A stretch of DNA of 64,000 bases, taken from the NCBI GenBank assembly GCA_963713975.1, contig OY970218.1, positions 3,392,001 to 3,456,000 of the forward strand, written 5' to 3'. A model generated the notes under the pieces. It was not told the DNA's origin, did not search any database, and was given only the letters and a program-made list of their open reading frames with translations. Positions within the stretch are counted from its first letter, which is position 1. Every line of letters starts with the position of its first letter. Below, piece after piece: positions 8,951 to 17,982 of the stretch. Source of the stretch: an uncultured Chloroflexia bacterium. Its GTDB lineage: Bacteria; Chloroflexota; Limnocylindria; Limnocylindrales; CSP1-4. Position numbers and translations under genes: made by a program.

Positions 8951-10159
8951 TCAGGCTCCTTCCGTTGGCTGGCGCGACAGGGCGACGTAGAACAGGGCCA
9001 CGGGCCGGTAGACCGCGTGGGCGAGCTTCATGAAGGGGGCGAGGAGCACGAGCTCCATCGCGACCGCGACGTGGACGAGGAACAGCCAGTAGCCCCAGGT
9101 GGGGGCGCTCGGCAGGTAGAGCGCGAGCTCGATCGCGAAGCCGGTGACGGCCGTGACCCACAGCAAGCCCAGCAGCAGCCAGTCGGCGGTGGTGGAGCGC
9201 TTGACGCTCCGGTTGGCGGCGCGGCGCCGGTCGATGATCAGGACGGTGGCCCCGTACACGAGGAGCGCCCCGGCGACGGTGCCAAGGAGCCGGACCGGGT
9301 ACCAGATCGGGACCGGGGTCCCCGTCTCCTTGATCCCGAGCAGCGCGAGCCCGTAGTCCAGGCCGGTGGCCAGCAGCAGGCCCAGGAAGCCCCAGACCAC
9401 GAGCGCATGGACCAGCCAGCGGCGGCGGTACCAGGGCACCGCCATCGCGACGTCGTCGGCCTCGCACTCCTCGCGGAAGCGGACCTGGCCCAGCGACTCG
9501 CGCCCGACGGCGCTCCACAGGGCGCGGCCGGTCCGGCCGAGTGCCGCACGCGACCCGAGCACGCTCCGCGGGCTCTCGCCCTCGCGGCGCCCGATGTCAC
9601 GGGCCATGGTCGCGATGCCCAGCACGCCGGCGAGGACGACCACGATCATGACGACGATGCCGGTGTCGTGGATGAGCTCGGACGGGATCCACTCGAAGAT
9701 CGCGAGGGTCTCGGTGCTCATGGGCCCGCGGGCCGAGTACATGAACGCCGCGAAGAGCACCGCCAGGAGGACGGCGACCACGGTCGCAAGGACCGGTCTG
9801 GTGTAGAGCGTCCGGGCAAGGTGCGTCCGGTCGTAGGAGGCGATGGCGTAGCGACGGGTCGCCGCCATGAACTCGGACGGATCGGCCTGCGTGGGGCAGG
9901 TCTCGGCGCACTCGCCGCACTGGTAGCACGCCCACAGCTCCTTGGAGCCCAGGAGCGCGTCCTTCATGCCCAGCTGGGCGTAGCGGATGATCCGGCGCGG
10001 GAAGGTGCCGTCGGTCTGGGACATGGGGCAGGTCGCGGAGCAAGTGCCGCAGGAGAAGCAGGCGCTGATGTCGGTGGCCCCGAAGCGCTGGAGGTCCGGG
10101 TACAGGCCCACGTCCAGGCGGGCGGGAGCGGCAACGGCGGGAACGGTGGTGGCAGTCAT
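8951..10159 (-). CDS. QmoC-like protein: 2x[4Fe-4S] HdrC-like domain plus multi-TM cytochrome b-like domain
   Basis: CFSCGTCSATCP and CYQCGECAETCP; several TM helices; His in 'WLVHALV' and 'LVHVA..MKLAHAVYRP'. Confidence 0.85.
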   Translation of the reverse strand: MTATTVPAVAAPARLDVGLYPDLQRFGATDISACFSCGTCSATCPMSQTDGTFPRRIIRYAQLGMKDALLGSKELWACYQCGECAETCPTQADPSEFMAATRRYAIASYDRTHLARTLYTRPVLATVVAVLLAVLFAAFMYSARGPMSTETLAIFEWIPSELIHDTGIVVMIVVVLAGVLGIATMARDIGRREGESPRSVLGSRAALGRTGRALWSAVGRESLGQVRFREECEADDVAMAVPWYRRRWLVHALVVWGFLGLLLATGLDYGLALLGIKETGTPVPIWYPVRLLGTVAGALLVYGATVLIIDRRRAANRSVKRSTTADWLLLGLLWVTAVTGFAIELALYLPSAPTWGYWLFLVHVAVAMELVLLAPFMKLAHAVYRPVALFYVALSRQPTEGA

Positions 10160-10404
10160 CAGGACTCCCGCCCGGTGGGCACGTACTGGAAGTAGCCGTC
10201 GGGGGCGTTGCCCTTGATCTCCTCGAGCCAGCCATAGCGCCGCATGCCCATGACCCAGAACAGGACCTCGTGGCTGGGCGAGCCGACGGCCTCGGCGATC
10301 TCGGGGACGGTGAGCGGGCCACCGCGCAGGGCTGCGAGGATGCGGGGCCGCATGACCGGCTCCTCCCTCATCACCTCGCGCGGGTCCCGGGACAGGTCAG
10401 GCAT
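10159..10404 (-). CDS. Small winged-helix protein inside the Hdr/Qmo operon
   Basis: Start and stop overlap both neighbours; 'ILAALRGGPLTVPEIAEAVG....V...VMGMRRYG'. Confidence 0.75.
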   Translation of the reverse strand: MPDLSRDPREVMREEPVMRPRILAALRGGPLTVPEIAEAVGSPSHEVLFWVMGMRRYGWLEEIKGNAPDGYFQYVPTGRES

Positions 10405-12170
10405 CAGACGGGCACCTCCACGAGGCCCTCGATCATGGCGGTGATCTCGGCGTCGGTGTAGCCGAGCAGGTCGATCGCGTTCTCGGGGCAGATCGGCACG
10501 CAGCCGCCGCACCCCTTGCAGCCGGTCGGGCTGATGACCGCGAAGTGGCGATCCCCCTCCTCGGTCATGGAGATCGCGTCGTAGGGACAGGCCGTGAGGC
10601 AGTCGCCGCAGGCGGTGCACGCCTCGGGCTCCACGATCGCGACCAGGGGATCGAGCTCCGTGTAGCCCTTCTTGAGGACCGACGCGCTCTGGGTCACGGC
10701 GGCCAGGCCGGACATGACGCTCTCACCCGAGGTCTTCGGGCCCTGGCAGGCGCCGGCGATCAGCACGCCGTCCACCACGGTCTCGACGGGGCGGAGCTTG
10801 GGATGGATCTCGTTGAAGAAGCCGTCACTGCCGGCCGGCAGCTTGAGCACGTCCACCAGGCCCTGGTTCTCGCGCGGGACCATGCCCGTGACGAGGACCA
10901 CCAGGTCCACGGGGATCGCCATCTCGATCCGCTCGGTAAGCAGGTCGCGGACCGTGACGGTCAGGCGCCCGTCGGGGCCCTGGGACACGGACGGCGGCTC
11001 CTCGTTGTCGAACTTGAGGAAGACCGACCCGGTCGTGCGAGCCTCGGTGTACAGGGGCTCGAACTTGCCGTACGTGCGCATGTCCCGGTAGAGGTGGAAC
11101 TGGCGGATGGCCGGATCGAGGCCCGAGACCTCCACCGCCGTCTGGACCGTGGCGGCACAGCAGAACCGGGAGCAATACGAGTTGGCGCATCCGGCCGTTT
11201 TCCGGCTGCCGACGCAGTACACGTAGGCCACACTGCGGACCGGTCGGCCCTGCCACGCCAGGCTGCCGGTGGAGCCGTCCACCAGCTCTTTGAACTCCGT
11301 CAGGGTGACGACGCCGTCGATGCCATAGCCGAGCTCGCCCTCCTCGGGGCGGTAGTCGTCGAAGCCTGTGGCCACGACGATCGAGCCGACGGCGACCTCG
11401 ATGGCGCCGGCACCCTCGCCGCCGATCCGGAGGCTGACCAGGTAGTTGCCGAAGCTTCCGGCCTTGCCGACGAGCTCCGCGCCGGTGAGGACCGTGATCG
11501 TGGGGCGCTTGCGGACCTCGGCCACGAGGTTGCCGATCAGGTCCGTGCCCTTGCGGTTGTGGGGATACATCGCGCCGAGCCGGCCGACCCGGCCACCCAG
11601 CTCGAGCTCACGTTCGACGAGGGTCACCTTGAGGCCGATGTCGGCCAGGCCGACGGCCGCCCGGAGGCCCGCGATCCCGCCGCCGATGACCAGGGTGTGA
11701 GGGATCGTCTCCACGACCACCGGCTCGAGCGGCACGGTGTGACGGGTCCGCCCGATACCGGCCTCCACGAGAGCGGTTGCCTTGGCGGTCGCGCCATCGT
11801 GGTCGTCCGTGTGGACCCAGGAGCACTGCTCCCGGATGTTGACCTGGGTGTACTCGTAGGGGTTGAGGCCGGCCCGCTGGGCCACGCCGCGGAAGGTGTA
11901 CGTGTGCAGCTTGGGCGAGCACGAGGCGACCACGAGGCCGTCCAGCTGGTTGGCCTGGATGTCCTCCACGATCTCCGACTGGGTCGCGTCCGAGCAGGTG
12001 AACATCGCGGTCTTCGCGACGACGACGTCGCCGTTGCCGCGGATGTCATTGACCACCTTGTCGACGTCGACATAGTCGCTGATGTTGCCGCCGCAGTGGC
12101 AGACATACACCCCGATGCGGCGGCCGGTCTCGGCCTCGGGCGCCGGCTGCAGGACCGTCTCGTCGCTCAT
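10404..12170 (-). CDS. hdrA: HdrA/QmoB-like FAD iron-sulfur subunit
   Basis: 'GVYVCHCGGNI','CSPKLH','NIREQCSWVH', GGGIAG, 'CVGSR..CSRFCC', C-terminal 2x CxxCxxCxxxCP. Confidence 0.9.
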   Translation of the reverse strand: MSDETVLQPAPEAETGRRIGVYVCHCGGNISDYVDVDKVVNDIRGNGDVVVAKTAMFTCSDATQSEIVEDIQANQLDGLVVASCSPKLHTYTFRGVAQRAGLNPYEYTQVNIREQCSWVHTDDHDGATAKATALVEAGIGRTRHTVPLEPVVVETIPHTLVIGGGIAGLRAAVGLADIGLKVTLVERELELGGRVGRLGAMYPHNRKGTDLIGNLVAEVRKRPTITVLTGAELVGKAGSFGNYLVSLRIGGEGAGAIEVAVGSIVVATGFDDYRPEEGELGYGIDGVVTLTEFKELVDGSTGSLAWQGRPVRSVAYVYCVGSRKTAGCANSYCSRFCCAATVQTAVEVSGLDPAIRQFHLYRDMRTYGKFEPLYTEARTTGSVFLKFDNEEPPSVSQGPDGRLTVTVRDLLTERIEMAIPVDLVVLVTGMVPRENQGLVDVLKLPAGSDGFFNEIHPKLRPVETVVDGVLIAGACQGPKTSGESVMSGLAAVTQSASVLKKGYTELDPLVAIVEPEACTACGDCLTACPYDAISMTEEGDRHFAVISPTGCKGCGGCVPICPENAIDLLGYTDAEITAMIEGLVEVPV

Positions 12171-14944
12171 GCCGGCACCAGCTCGATCTGGGGAAGGGGC
12201 TTCGTCCGCTCGAGGTGGGCCGCGACCTGGGCCACGGCGGCACCCGCGTGCAGGATGGAGTCCGCGATGTCCTTGGCGCCGGACGCGGCCCCGGCCACGT
12301 AGACGCCGGGGATGCTGGTCTGGCCCGGGTTCACGTCCTCCTCCGGCTCCGCCACGTACTGCCATTCGTCCAGGGCGAGCTCGCCCACGTCGAACAGCCG
12401 CTCGGCGTCCTTGTTCGGCAGCACCCCCACCGCCAGCACGACCAGGTCGTACTCGGCCTCGGTGATCGCGCCGCCGTTCTCGATGTCCTCGTACTTGAGG
12501 ACCAGGTTCCCGCCCGGCAGCTCGGTCACGTCCGCGATCCGGCCCTTCACGTAGGTCGCGCCCATGTCCTTGGCCTGCTCGTAGAACTCGTCATAGCGCT
12601 TGCCCGGGGCCCGGATGTCCATGTAGTGGACGGTGATGTCGGCCAGGGGCAGGGCGCCCATCAGGAGCTGGTTCTGCTTGATGGAGTACATGCAGCAGAA
12701 GCGCGAGCAGAGCGGGTTGCCGACGGTCTCGTCGCGAGACCCGGTGCACAGGATGTAGGCGATCCGCTCGGGAACCTTCCCGTCGCCCGGGCGCAGGATC
12801 GTGTTGAACGGCCGCGTCGGAGCGAGCAGCCGGTCCATCTGCATGCCGGTGATGACGTTCTTGTACATGCCGAACCCGTACTCGGGCTTGAGGTCCGCGG
12901 GGAACAGCTTGAAGCCGGTGGAAACGACGACGGCGCCGACCCTGATGTCGCGCTCCTGGTCGGTCGCACGCAGGTCGATGCAGCCGTCCACGGGGCAGGC
13001 CGAGACACACTCGTTGCACTCGGAGCAGACGGCGCAGTCGATGCACCGGCCGGACGCCCGGCGGGCCTCCTGCTCCGTGAGCGGTGCCTCCACCTCGCGG
13101 AAGTCCGTGGGGGCCGTGACGAGCACGGAGCCCTCGGGCGTGGCCGCGGAGAGGGTGTAGGCCTTCTGGCGGGCCAGCACCTGCTGCTTGTCCACGACGG
13201 GCAGGCGCGTGTCCCAGTCGTCGAACTCACGGCCCGACAGCCAGGCGTCGATCTGGTGGGCGGCCTTGCGGCCCTCGCCCACCGCCCGCGTGATGTCCGT
13301 GGGCCCGTGCACCGCGTCGCCGGCGGCGAACACGTGGGGTGTCCCCGTCTGGCAGGTCACCGGGTCCGAGGTCACCCGGCCATTCTTCGCGACGGCGACG
13401 CGGTCGCCGAAGAGGCTTGTGTCAGGGCGCATGCCGATGGCGGCGATGATCACGTCGGCCGGGATCGTCGTGTCGGAGCCCGGGATGGGCTCGGCGGAGC
13501 GACGCCCGGAGGCATCCGGGGCGCCGAGGCGCATCTCCTGGCAGCGCAGCCCGGAGACCGCGCCCTGGGCATCACCGATGACCTCGGCCGGGGCCACCAG
13601 GAGCCGGAACTCGACGCCCTCCTTCTCGGCATCCGCTGCTTCCACGTGGTGGGCGGGCATCTCGTCGCGGCTGCGGCGATAGGCCACCGTCACGGAGGCC
13701 GCGCCAAGACGCCGCGCGGTTCGCGCCGCGTCCATCGCCACGTTGCCACCGCCCACGACGATGACGCGCTTGCCGGCGAGCTCGGGCGCATCGTCCAGCT
13801 TCACGCGGCGCAGGAAGTCCGTGCCGCCGAGGACGCCCAGGCGATCCTCGCCCGGGACGCCGAGACCGGTCGAGCGGTGGGTGCCGATGGCGACCAGCAC
13901 CGCGTCGAAGCCCTCGTCCTTGAGCGCGGCGGGATCCGTCACGGGGCTGTCGGTCACGATCTCCACGCCGAGCTCGGTGACGTTCTCGATGTCGCGGTCC
14001 ACCACCGCCTCGGGCAGCCGGTAGGACGGGATCCCCAGGCGCAGGAAGCCGCCGGCGACCGGAGCCGCCTCGTAGACCTTGACGGCGTAGCCCAGGCGGG
14101 CGAGCTGCCAGGCGGCGGTGAGGCCGGTGGGACCGGAGCCCACGATCGCGATTCGTCGTCCGTTGGGCGCCGGGCGCTCGATGCCGTTATCCGCGCCGCT
14201 CACGTCATGCGCGTCGGAGGCGAAGCGCTTGAGGCGGCGGATCGGGAGCGTTCCCTCCAGCGAGCCGCGGGTGCAGTCGACCTCGCACGGTGCGTAGCAG
14301 GCGCGTCCGAGGGTGCCGACGAACGGGGTGGCGTCCAGCACCAGCCGGTAGGCCTCCTCGTCGAGGCCGCTGCGGATCAGGCTGACGTAGCCGTGGGCCT
14401 GGATCCCGGCCGGGCACGCGAACGAGCACGGCGAGCTGCCGACACGATCGATGACGGCCTTCTTGGGCACGGCCTGGGGGAAGGCGATGTGGGCCGCGCG
14501 ACGGGCGACCAGGTCCGCATTGAACTGGTCGGGCACGGCCACCGTGCACGCGGTCTCGCACTTCTGGCAGCCGGTGCAGGTGTCGATGTCGACGAAGCGG
14601 GCCTTCTGGGTGACCTTCGCGTTGAACGTGCCGTCGGCCGAGGTCCGGATCTGGTCCACGCGGCCGTAGGTCATGGCGGTGATGTTCGGGTGGTGGATCG
14701 TCGACGCCATCTTGGGGGTCGAGATGCAGGAGGCGCAGTCGAGCGTGGGGAAGACCTTGCTGAGCAGGATCATCTTGCCGCCCACGCTGGCGTCCTTTTC
14801 GACCAGCAGGACCTTGTAGCCCATGTCGCCGAGCTTGAGAGCGGACTCCATGCCGCCGATGCCGGACCCGACGACCAGGACGTCGTAGTCGGTCGCGGTG
14901 GTGGCCTCGTCGCGGGTGGCGCAGGTGTCGGTCATCGTGGTCAT
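12167..14944 (-). CDS. HdrA/QmoA-like flavoprotein with an inserted GltD-like NAD(P)H-binding module (HdrL-like)
   Basis: GSGIGG, 'KVFPTLDCASC', CTGCQKCETAC; insert with 'GRACYAPCEVDCTRG', GSGPTG, GGGNVAMD; then 'CTGSRD..CSRFCCMY'. Confidence 0.9.
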   Translation of the reverse strand: MTTMTDTCATRDEATTATDYDVLVVGSGIGGMESALKLGDMGYKVLLVEKDASVGGKMILLSKVFPTLDCASCISTPKMASTIHHPNITAMTYGRVDQIRTSADGTFNAKVTQKARFVDIDTCTGCQKCETACTVAVPDQFNADLVARRAAHIAFPQAVPKKAVIDRVGSSPCSFACPAGIQAHGYVSLIRSGLDEEAYRLVLDATPFVGTLGRACYAPCEVDCTRGSLEGTLPIRRLKRFASDAHDVSGADNGIERPAPNGRRIAIVGSGPTGLTAAWQLARLGYAVKVYEAAPVAGGFLRLGIPSYRLPEAVVDRDIENVTELGVEIVTDSPVTDPAALKDEGFDAVLVAIGTHRSTGLGVPGEDRLGVLGGTDFLRRVKLDDAPELAGKRVIVVGGGNVAMDAARTARRLGAASVTVAYRRSRDEMPAHHVEAADAEKEGVEFRLLVAPAEVIGDAQGAVSGLRCQEMRLGAPDASGRRSAEPIPGSDTTIPADVIIAAIGMRPDTSLFGDRVAVAKNGRVTSDPVTCQTGTPHVFAAGDAVHGPTDITRAVGEGRKAAHQIDAWLSGREFDDWDTRLPVVDKQQVLARQKAYTLSAATPEGSVLVTAPTDFREVEAPLTEQEARRASGRCIDCAVCSECNECVSACPVDGCIDLRATDQERDIRVGAVVVSTGFKLFPADLKPEYGFGMYKNVITGMQMDRLLAPTRPFNTILRPGDGKVPERIAYILCTGSRDETVGNPLCSRFCCMYSIKQNQLLMGALPLADITVHYMDIRAPGKRYDEFYEQAKDMGATYVKGRIADVTELPGGNLVLKYEDIENGGAITEAEYDLVVLAVGVLPNKDAERLFDVGELALDEWQYVAEPEEDVNPGQTSIPGVYVAGAASGAKDIADSILHAGAAVAQVAAHLERTKPLPQIELVPA

Positions 14945-15384
14945 TCCGCCTTCGCCGGGCCCATGGCGACCAGCGCCTCCGAGAACCCCTGCACGTGCTT
15001 GGTGAACGGCTCCGAGCACACCGAGCAGATCGCCGCCATGCGCAGCCGGCTGGCCGCGATGCCCTTCTCCTTCATCTGCTTCTGCGACTCCGACATGATC
15101 CGGCTGGAGCGCTTGGCACAATCGGGCAGGTAGGCGCACTCGTCGCCATCGGACGCCACGAACACGCCGTCGAACCCGGACGCCAGTGCGTGCAGGATCC
15201 AGGAGGGCCGGATGCCGCTGGTGCACGGCAGGCCGATGACGTTCACGCCCGGCGAGTAGTGCATGTGGGCGCTGCCGGCCAGGTCGATGCCGGGGTCGGA
15301 GATGTTGTTCGTGGAGAAGACGAGGATCCGCGGGACGAACGTGTCGCCCGGTGCCTGCGGTTCGGTCGCGACGGGTGCGGTCAT
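14941..15384 (-). CDS. mvhD: MvhD/FlpD-family iron-sulfur subunit
   Basis: 'DPGIDLAG..HMHY..LPCTSGI...LASGFDGV...ECAY..C..CSVCSEPF'. Confidence 0.85.
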   Translation of the reverse strand: MTAPVATEPQAPGDTFVPRILVFSTNNISDPGIDLAGSAHMHYSPGVNVIGLPCTSGIRPSWILHALASGFDGVFVASDGDECAYLPDCAKRSSRIMSESQKQMKEKGIAASRLRMAAICSVCSEPFTKHVQGFSEALVAMGPAKAE

Positions 15385-15465
15385 GGACGCGGTGCTCCTG
15401 CGGGCCGGAGTGTCGTCGCGACGCGGGCCGTGAGGGCGGGTCGCGACGACATCAGCGATCGGGTG

Positions 15466-15726
15466 CTACTTGCGGCGGGTGACGAAGACGCGGTCGTAGC
15501 CGTCGGCCTCGAGGGTGCCCATGAAGTCGTGGCCGACCTTGGTCGACCAGGCGCTGATGTCGGACTTGGTGCCGGGATCGGTGGACCAGAGCTCCATGAC
15601 GGAGCCGACGGGGACACCGGACATGCCCTTCTTGGCCTCCAGGAGCGGGCCGGGGCAGGCGGCGCCACGGGCGTCGATGATCTCGGCGGCTTCGATGGCC
15701 TCGAGCTCGGCAACGGTTGCGGTCAT
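15466..15726 (-). CDS. tusA: TusA-family sulfurtransferase
   Basis: 'IDARGAACPGPLL.AKK...STDPG...DI.AW...GH'; GGAG RBS. Confidence 0.9.
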   Translation of the reverse strand: MTATVAELEAIEAAEIIDARGAACPGPLLEAKKGMSGVPVGSVMELWSTDPGTKSDISAWSTKVGHDFMGTLEADGYDRVFVTRRK

Positions 15727-15785
15727 TTCGAGTGGTCTCCTAGTACACGAGGGCGTTGGTGGCTGACGTGATCTCGACGATGGCG

Positions 15786-16193
15786 CTAGATGAAGACGAG
15801 CTGGCCATCCTCGGCAGCCAGCAGGAAGGCGGCGATGCCGCCCGACGAGTCGACGATGGGGTCCAGGGTCGTGACGTCGATGCCCAGCACGTCCAGCGAC
15901 CCGGAGCAGGCGAGGACCGAGACGGTTCCCAGCTCCTTGGCCATCCGGAAGGTCTCCAGCCACGGGATCGACCTGGTTCCGTGCACCGGCCGGCTGGTGC
16001 CGTCGGCGGTCGAGTCCCAAGCGAGCCCAAGGCTCTCCTCCAGGCGCTCGGTACGGAACGCGTCCAGGGCCCAGTACTGGAGCAGGATGTTCACGGGTCG
16101 GTCCATGGCCGCCGCGCCGGCGGCGAGCGTCGCCGCGGCGTGCAGTTTGTCGGCCGTGCCCGAGAACAGGACGAGGTTCAGGGTGTCGCTCAT
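15786..16193 (-). CDS. DsrE/DsrF/DrsH-like (DsrE2) sulfur carrier
   Basis: 'LVLFSGTADKL..A..LAAGAAAM...V..WAL' and conserved Cys 'LACSGS..GG.AAFL'. Confidence 0.85.
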   Translation of the reverse strand: MSDTLNLVLFSGTADKLHAAATLAAGAAAMDRPVNILLQYWALDAFRTERLEESLGLAWDSTADGTSRPVHGTRSIPWLETFRMAKELGTVSVLACSGSLDVLGIDVTTLDPIVDSSGGIAAFLLAAEDGQLVFI

Positions 16194-16576
16194 CGATTGG
16201 TCACCTGTGCCGGGAGTTGGGTGGTGGAGGTCGCGGGCTGTGCGTCACGGGCCGCGGCGGCGGCGAGGCTGCCGAGCGCGGACAGGCGACGAACGATCAC
16301 GCTGCGCATGAGGTCGCAGGCGGCAAGGATCTCGGGGTCGGCAAGGCGATAGCGAACCGCCCGACCGTCCCGCGTGGCATCCACGAGACCCGCGGCGCGC
16401 ATCGCGGCGAGGTTCTGGGACACCGTGGCCTGGGGCAGCGCCAGCTCCTGCGCGAGCTCGCGGACCTCGAGGGGGCCACGGCCGAGCAGATGGACGATCC
16501 GCAGCCGGTGCGTACCGGCGAGCGCCCGGATGAGGCCGATCTGGATCAGATCAATCTCATTGACGGGGTCGTACAC
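16190..16576 (-). CDS. ArsR/SmtB-family transcriptional regulator
   Basis: 'RALA..HRLRI..LL...V.ELA..L.LPQATVSQNLA.MR.AGLV...RDG..V.Y.L'; GGAGG RBS. Confidence 0.92.
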   Translation of the reverse strand: MYDPVNEIDLIQIGLIRALAGTHRLRIVHLLGRGPLEVRELAQELALPQATVSQNLAAMRAAGLVDATRDGRAVRYRLADPEILAACDLMRSVIVRRLSALGSLAAAAARDAQPATSTTQLPAQVTNR

Positions 16577-16616
16577 ATGGCCTCCTGCGCCCTTTGGAGT
16601 AACTGTCCTCTATATC

Positions 16617-16635
16617 TATATGCGATCTGCATATA
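16617..16635. promoter_or_regulatory. Probable ArsR operator
   Basis: Perfect 7-5-7 inverted repeat TATATGC-GATCT-GCATATA in an AT-rich patch 40 bp upstream of the ArsR gene. Confidence 0.65.
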
Positions 16636-16848
16636 TGAGCCCTGAGCCATTGGTCACCGAGCGGAGGGACGGGCGGCCCGGGCCATCGGTGGCGCGACCC
16701 CCCGAGCGGCAGCCGATTGGCGCGAAGGGCAGGCGTGGTATCGGCCGGCTGGCCGGCGCACGGGCCGGCTCGCAAGCGGTCGACCCGACTGCTGGAGGGC
16801 CCGGAGGGTCGAGAGGGCGGCTCCAGGATGGCCGCGTGCCGGGCCCCG

Positions 16849-17982
16849 TCAGGCGGCGGGGAGCTCCACGTCGAAGCGCGCTCCGGCTCCGGGCTGGTTG
16901 GCCACCGTCACGGTGCCGTCCAGGGCCACCACGATCGCGTGCACGATCGCGAGCCCGAGGCCGCTGGTGCCGGTGGACCGGTCCCGGGCAGGGTCGGCCT
17001 GGTAGAAGCGGTCGAAGACGTGGGCGAGGTCGTCGGTGGCGATCCCCGGGCCCGAGTCCAGGACGGTGATCCGGACCCGGCCCGGCGAGGTCGTCGACGC
17101 AGCCGCCCCGATCCGTACCCAGCCGCCGGCGCCCGCGTAGCGGAGCGCATTGTCGGCGAGGGCGTTCAGGACCTGGCGCAGCCGGTCCGAGTCGGCGCGG
17201 ACGGCGAGGGGGCCCGGATCGACCGCCTCCACGCGCGGCCCACCGGGCGATGAACGGGCTGCGGCGGCACGTACGACGGCCTCGAGCAGCGGCTGCAGCA
17301 GGACGGCCTCGATGTGCAGCGGCAGGGACCCCGACTCGGCCAGCGACACGGTCCGCAGGTCGTCGACGATCCGGCCCAGCAGCCGTGCCTGCTCCCGGAT
17401 CGTCTCGAGGTGGCGGTCGTCGTGCTCGTAGACACCATCGATGACGGCAGAGGTCGTGGCATCGATGACGGCGAGCGGCGTCTTGAGCTCGTGTGCCGCG
17501 TCCGCGAAGAACCGGCGGCGGGCAACCTCCGTCGCCTGGAGGCCAGCCGCCATCCCGTCGAACGAGCGCGCCAGGGAACCGATCTCATCGGTCCGGTCGG
17601 CGAGACCCGATCGCACCTCGAGATCACCCCTCGCCACGGCCGCGGCCGCCTCCTCGAGCCGGCCCAGGGGCCGGACCGTGCGCGTCGCCAGGACCAGCCC
17701 GACAAGGAACGCGACCACGGCCGCCGCGATGGCGACCAGGACCAGGGTGAGGATCGTCTCCTGTTGGACCTGCTGCCAGTACAGCGCCCCCTGGCCGGTC
17801 CCCGCTCCCCCGCTGGGCCCGTTGCCCAGCCCGCCCCCAGGCCCTGGGTGAGCGGCGGACGCGTCGCCGAGCGCCGCGGCGAACCCGCGCCCGACGATGG
17901 ACGGGGCCGCGACGACCACGGCCGCGGCCGTCAGGAGGGCCACGAGCGCCATCACGGACGCGAGACGCGCCCGGAGGTTCAC
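16849..17982 (-). CDS. HAMP-domain sensor histidine kinase (BaeS-like)
   Basis: Two TMs, HAMP, 'AHELKTPL','NALRY','DSGPGI','GLGLAI'. Confidence 0.93.
   Translation of the reverse strand: MNLRARLASVMALVALLTAAAVVVAAPSIVGRGFAAALGDASAAHPGPGGGLGNGPSGGAGTGQGALYWQQVQQETILTLVLVAIAAAVVAFLVGLVLATRTVRPLGRLEEAAAAVARGDLEVRSGLADRTDEIGSLARSFDGMAAGLQATEVARRRFFADAAHELKTPLAVIDATTSAVIDGVYEHDDRHLETIREQARLLGRIVDDLRTVSLAESGSLPLHIEAVLLQPLLEAVVRAAAARSSPGGPRVEAVDPGPLAVRADSDRLRQVLNALADNALRYAGAGGWVRIGAAASTTSPGRVRITVLDSGPGIATDDLAHVFDRFYQADPARDRSTGTSGLGLAIVHAIVVALDGTVTVANQPGAGARFDVELPAA

Noticed and set aside
10404-15384. Selenocysteine recoding in hdrA/mvhD
   Set aside because: No in-frame TGA; the frames are open with Cys at the motif positions.
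16670-16800. Possible ninth, decayed family 1 copy (CCATCGG..GAGCGGCA..CGCAA..GACCCGAC)
   Set aside because: Only short box fragments with inconsistent spacing; cannot be told from chance at this GC content.
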